This document shows positions 63,460-64,000 of a DNA stretch of 64,000 nucleotides, in pieces. Numbering within the stretch: the stretch's first letter is position 1; every line of letters begins with the position of its first letter. The notes under the pieces were generated by a model, which saw nothing but the letters and a program-made list of their open reading frames with translations, was not told where the DNA came from and did not search any database. The position numbers and the translations under genes are program-made. Origin of the DNA: Cenococcum geophilum (taxonomy: Eukaryota); contig CP158635.1 of assembly GCA_050273025.1 (NCBI GenBank), forward strand, positions 26,474,001 through 26,538,000. The letters run 5' to 3'.

Positions 63460-64000
63460 GTGGTTGTCTGGTTCTGGCGACGGTCGTCTGGCTCTGACGA
63501 TGGTCGTCTGGCTCTGGCGACGGTTGACGGTTGTCTGGTTCTGGCGACGGTCGTCTGGCTCTGACGACGGTCGTCTGGCTCTGACGACGGTCGTTTGGCT
63601 CTGGCGACGGTCGACGGTCGACGGTTGTCTGGCTCTGGCGACGGTCGACGGTCGTCTGGTTCTGGCGACGGTCGTCTGGCTCCGGCGACGGTTGTCTGGC
63701 TCTGGCGACAGTCGACGGTCGTCTGGTTCTGGCGACGGTTGTCTGGCTCCGGCGATGGTCGTCTGGCTCTGGCGACGGTCGACGGTTGTCTGGTTCTGGC
63801 GACGGTCGTCTGGCTCTGGCGACGGTCGTCTGGCTCTGACGACGGTCGTCTGGCTCTGGTGATGGTCGACGGTCGACGGTCGTCTGGTTCTGGCGACGGT
63901 TGTCTGGCTCCGGCGACGGTTGTCTGGCTCTGGCGACGGTTGACGGTTGTCTGGTTCTGGCGACGGTCGACGGTCGTCTGGTTCTGGCGACGGTTGTCTG
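63460..64000 (+). repeat. GC-rich minisatellite, 20-bp unit ggtcgtctggctctggcgac with 7-bp ggtcgac inserts
   Basis: More than 20 copies up to the window end. Confidence 0.95.

Larger units (their letters stand above)
62213..64000 (+). mobile_element. Non-coding LTR element I (5' LTR 62213-62413, related to G LTR), inserted in D pol, runs off the right edge
   Basis: tataatag(=tgtaacag)...ccgtaata ends; 3' half of the LTR and following leader match G (ccttag.ttagtatctttataat…aagccgtaa.attatact); interior is tandem repeats. Confidence 0.75.

Noticed and set aside
62717..63862. ORFs of 75, 83 and 205 aa
   Set aside because: Translations of tandem repeats with no evidence of coding.

Overview
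Filamentous-ascomycete genomic DNA. About 85-90% is a nested pile of transposable elements heavily mutated by RIP (repeat-induced point mutation): TpA-rich, CpA/TpG-depleted, with paired LTRs differing mostly by C>T/G>A. One non-RIP island (~24.8-32.0 kb) holds a single intact 6-exon gene on the minus strand (25049-31681, 2075 aa by my splice model). It encodes a ZNFX1-like protein: RGG N-terminus, Upf1-like SF1 helicase, NF-X1 zinc fingers, RING-like motif and RZ finger. A decayed NLR (NB-ARC/TPR) fragment lies directly downstream. Left nest: PIF1-helicase element > Gypsy C > Ylt1-like Gypsy B > full-length chromoviral Gypsy A. Right nest: Gypsy D, containing a Tc1 element, a piggyBac-like element, a non-autonomous Tc1 holding a two-ORF IS630/Tc1 element (itself holding Gypsy F and non-coding LTR element G), solo LTRs, a MITE, a bipartite LINE and another non-coding LTR element. 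The most interesting signals are cargo inside the TEs, readable only after manually reversing RIP: a 2OG-Fe(II) dioxygenase-like ORF, an antisense Zn2Cys6-like ORF, an integrase chromodomain followed by an AT-hook, a second convergent ORF in a Tc1 element, a conserved hairpin-containing non-coding motif present twice, and a piggyBac-like element with AT instead of TTAA targets. All de-RIP reconstructions are manual inferences, and coordinates inside decayed ORFs are approximate.
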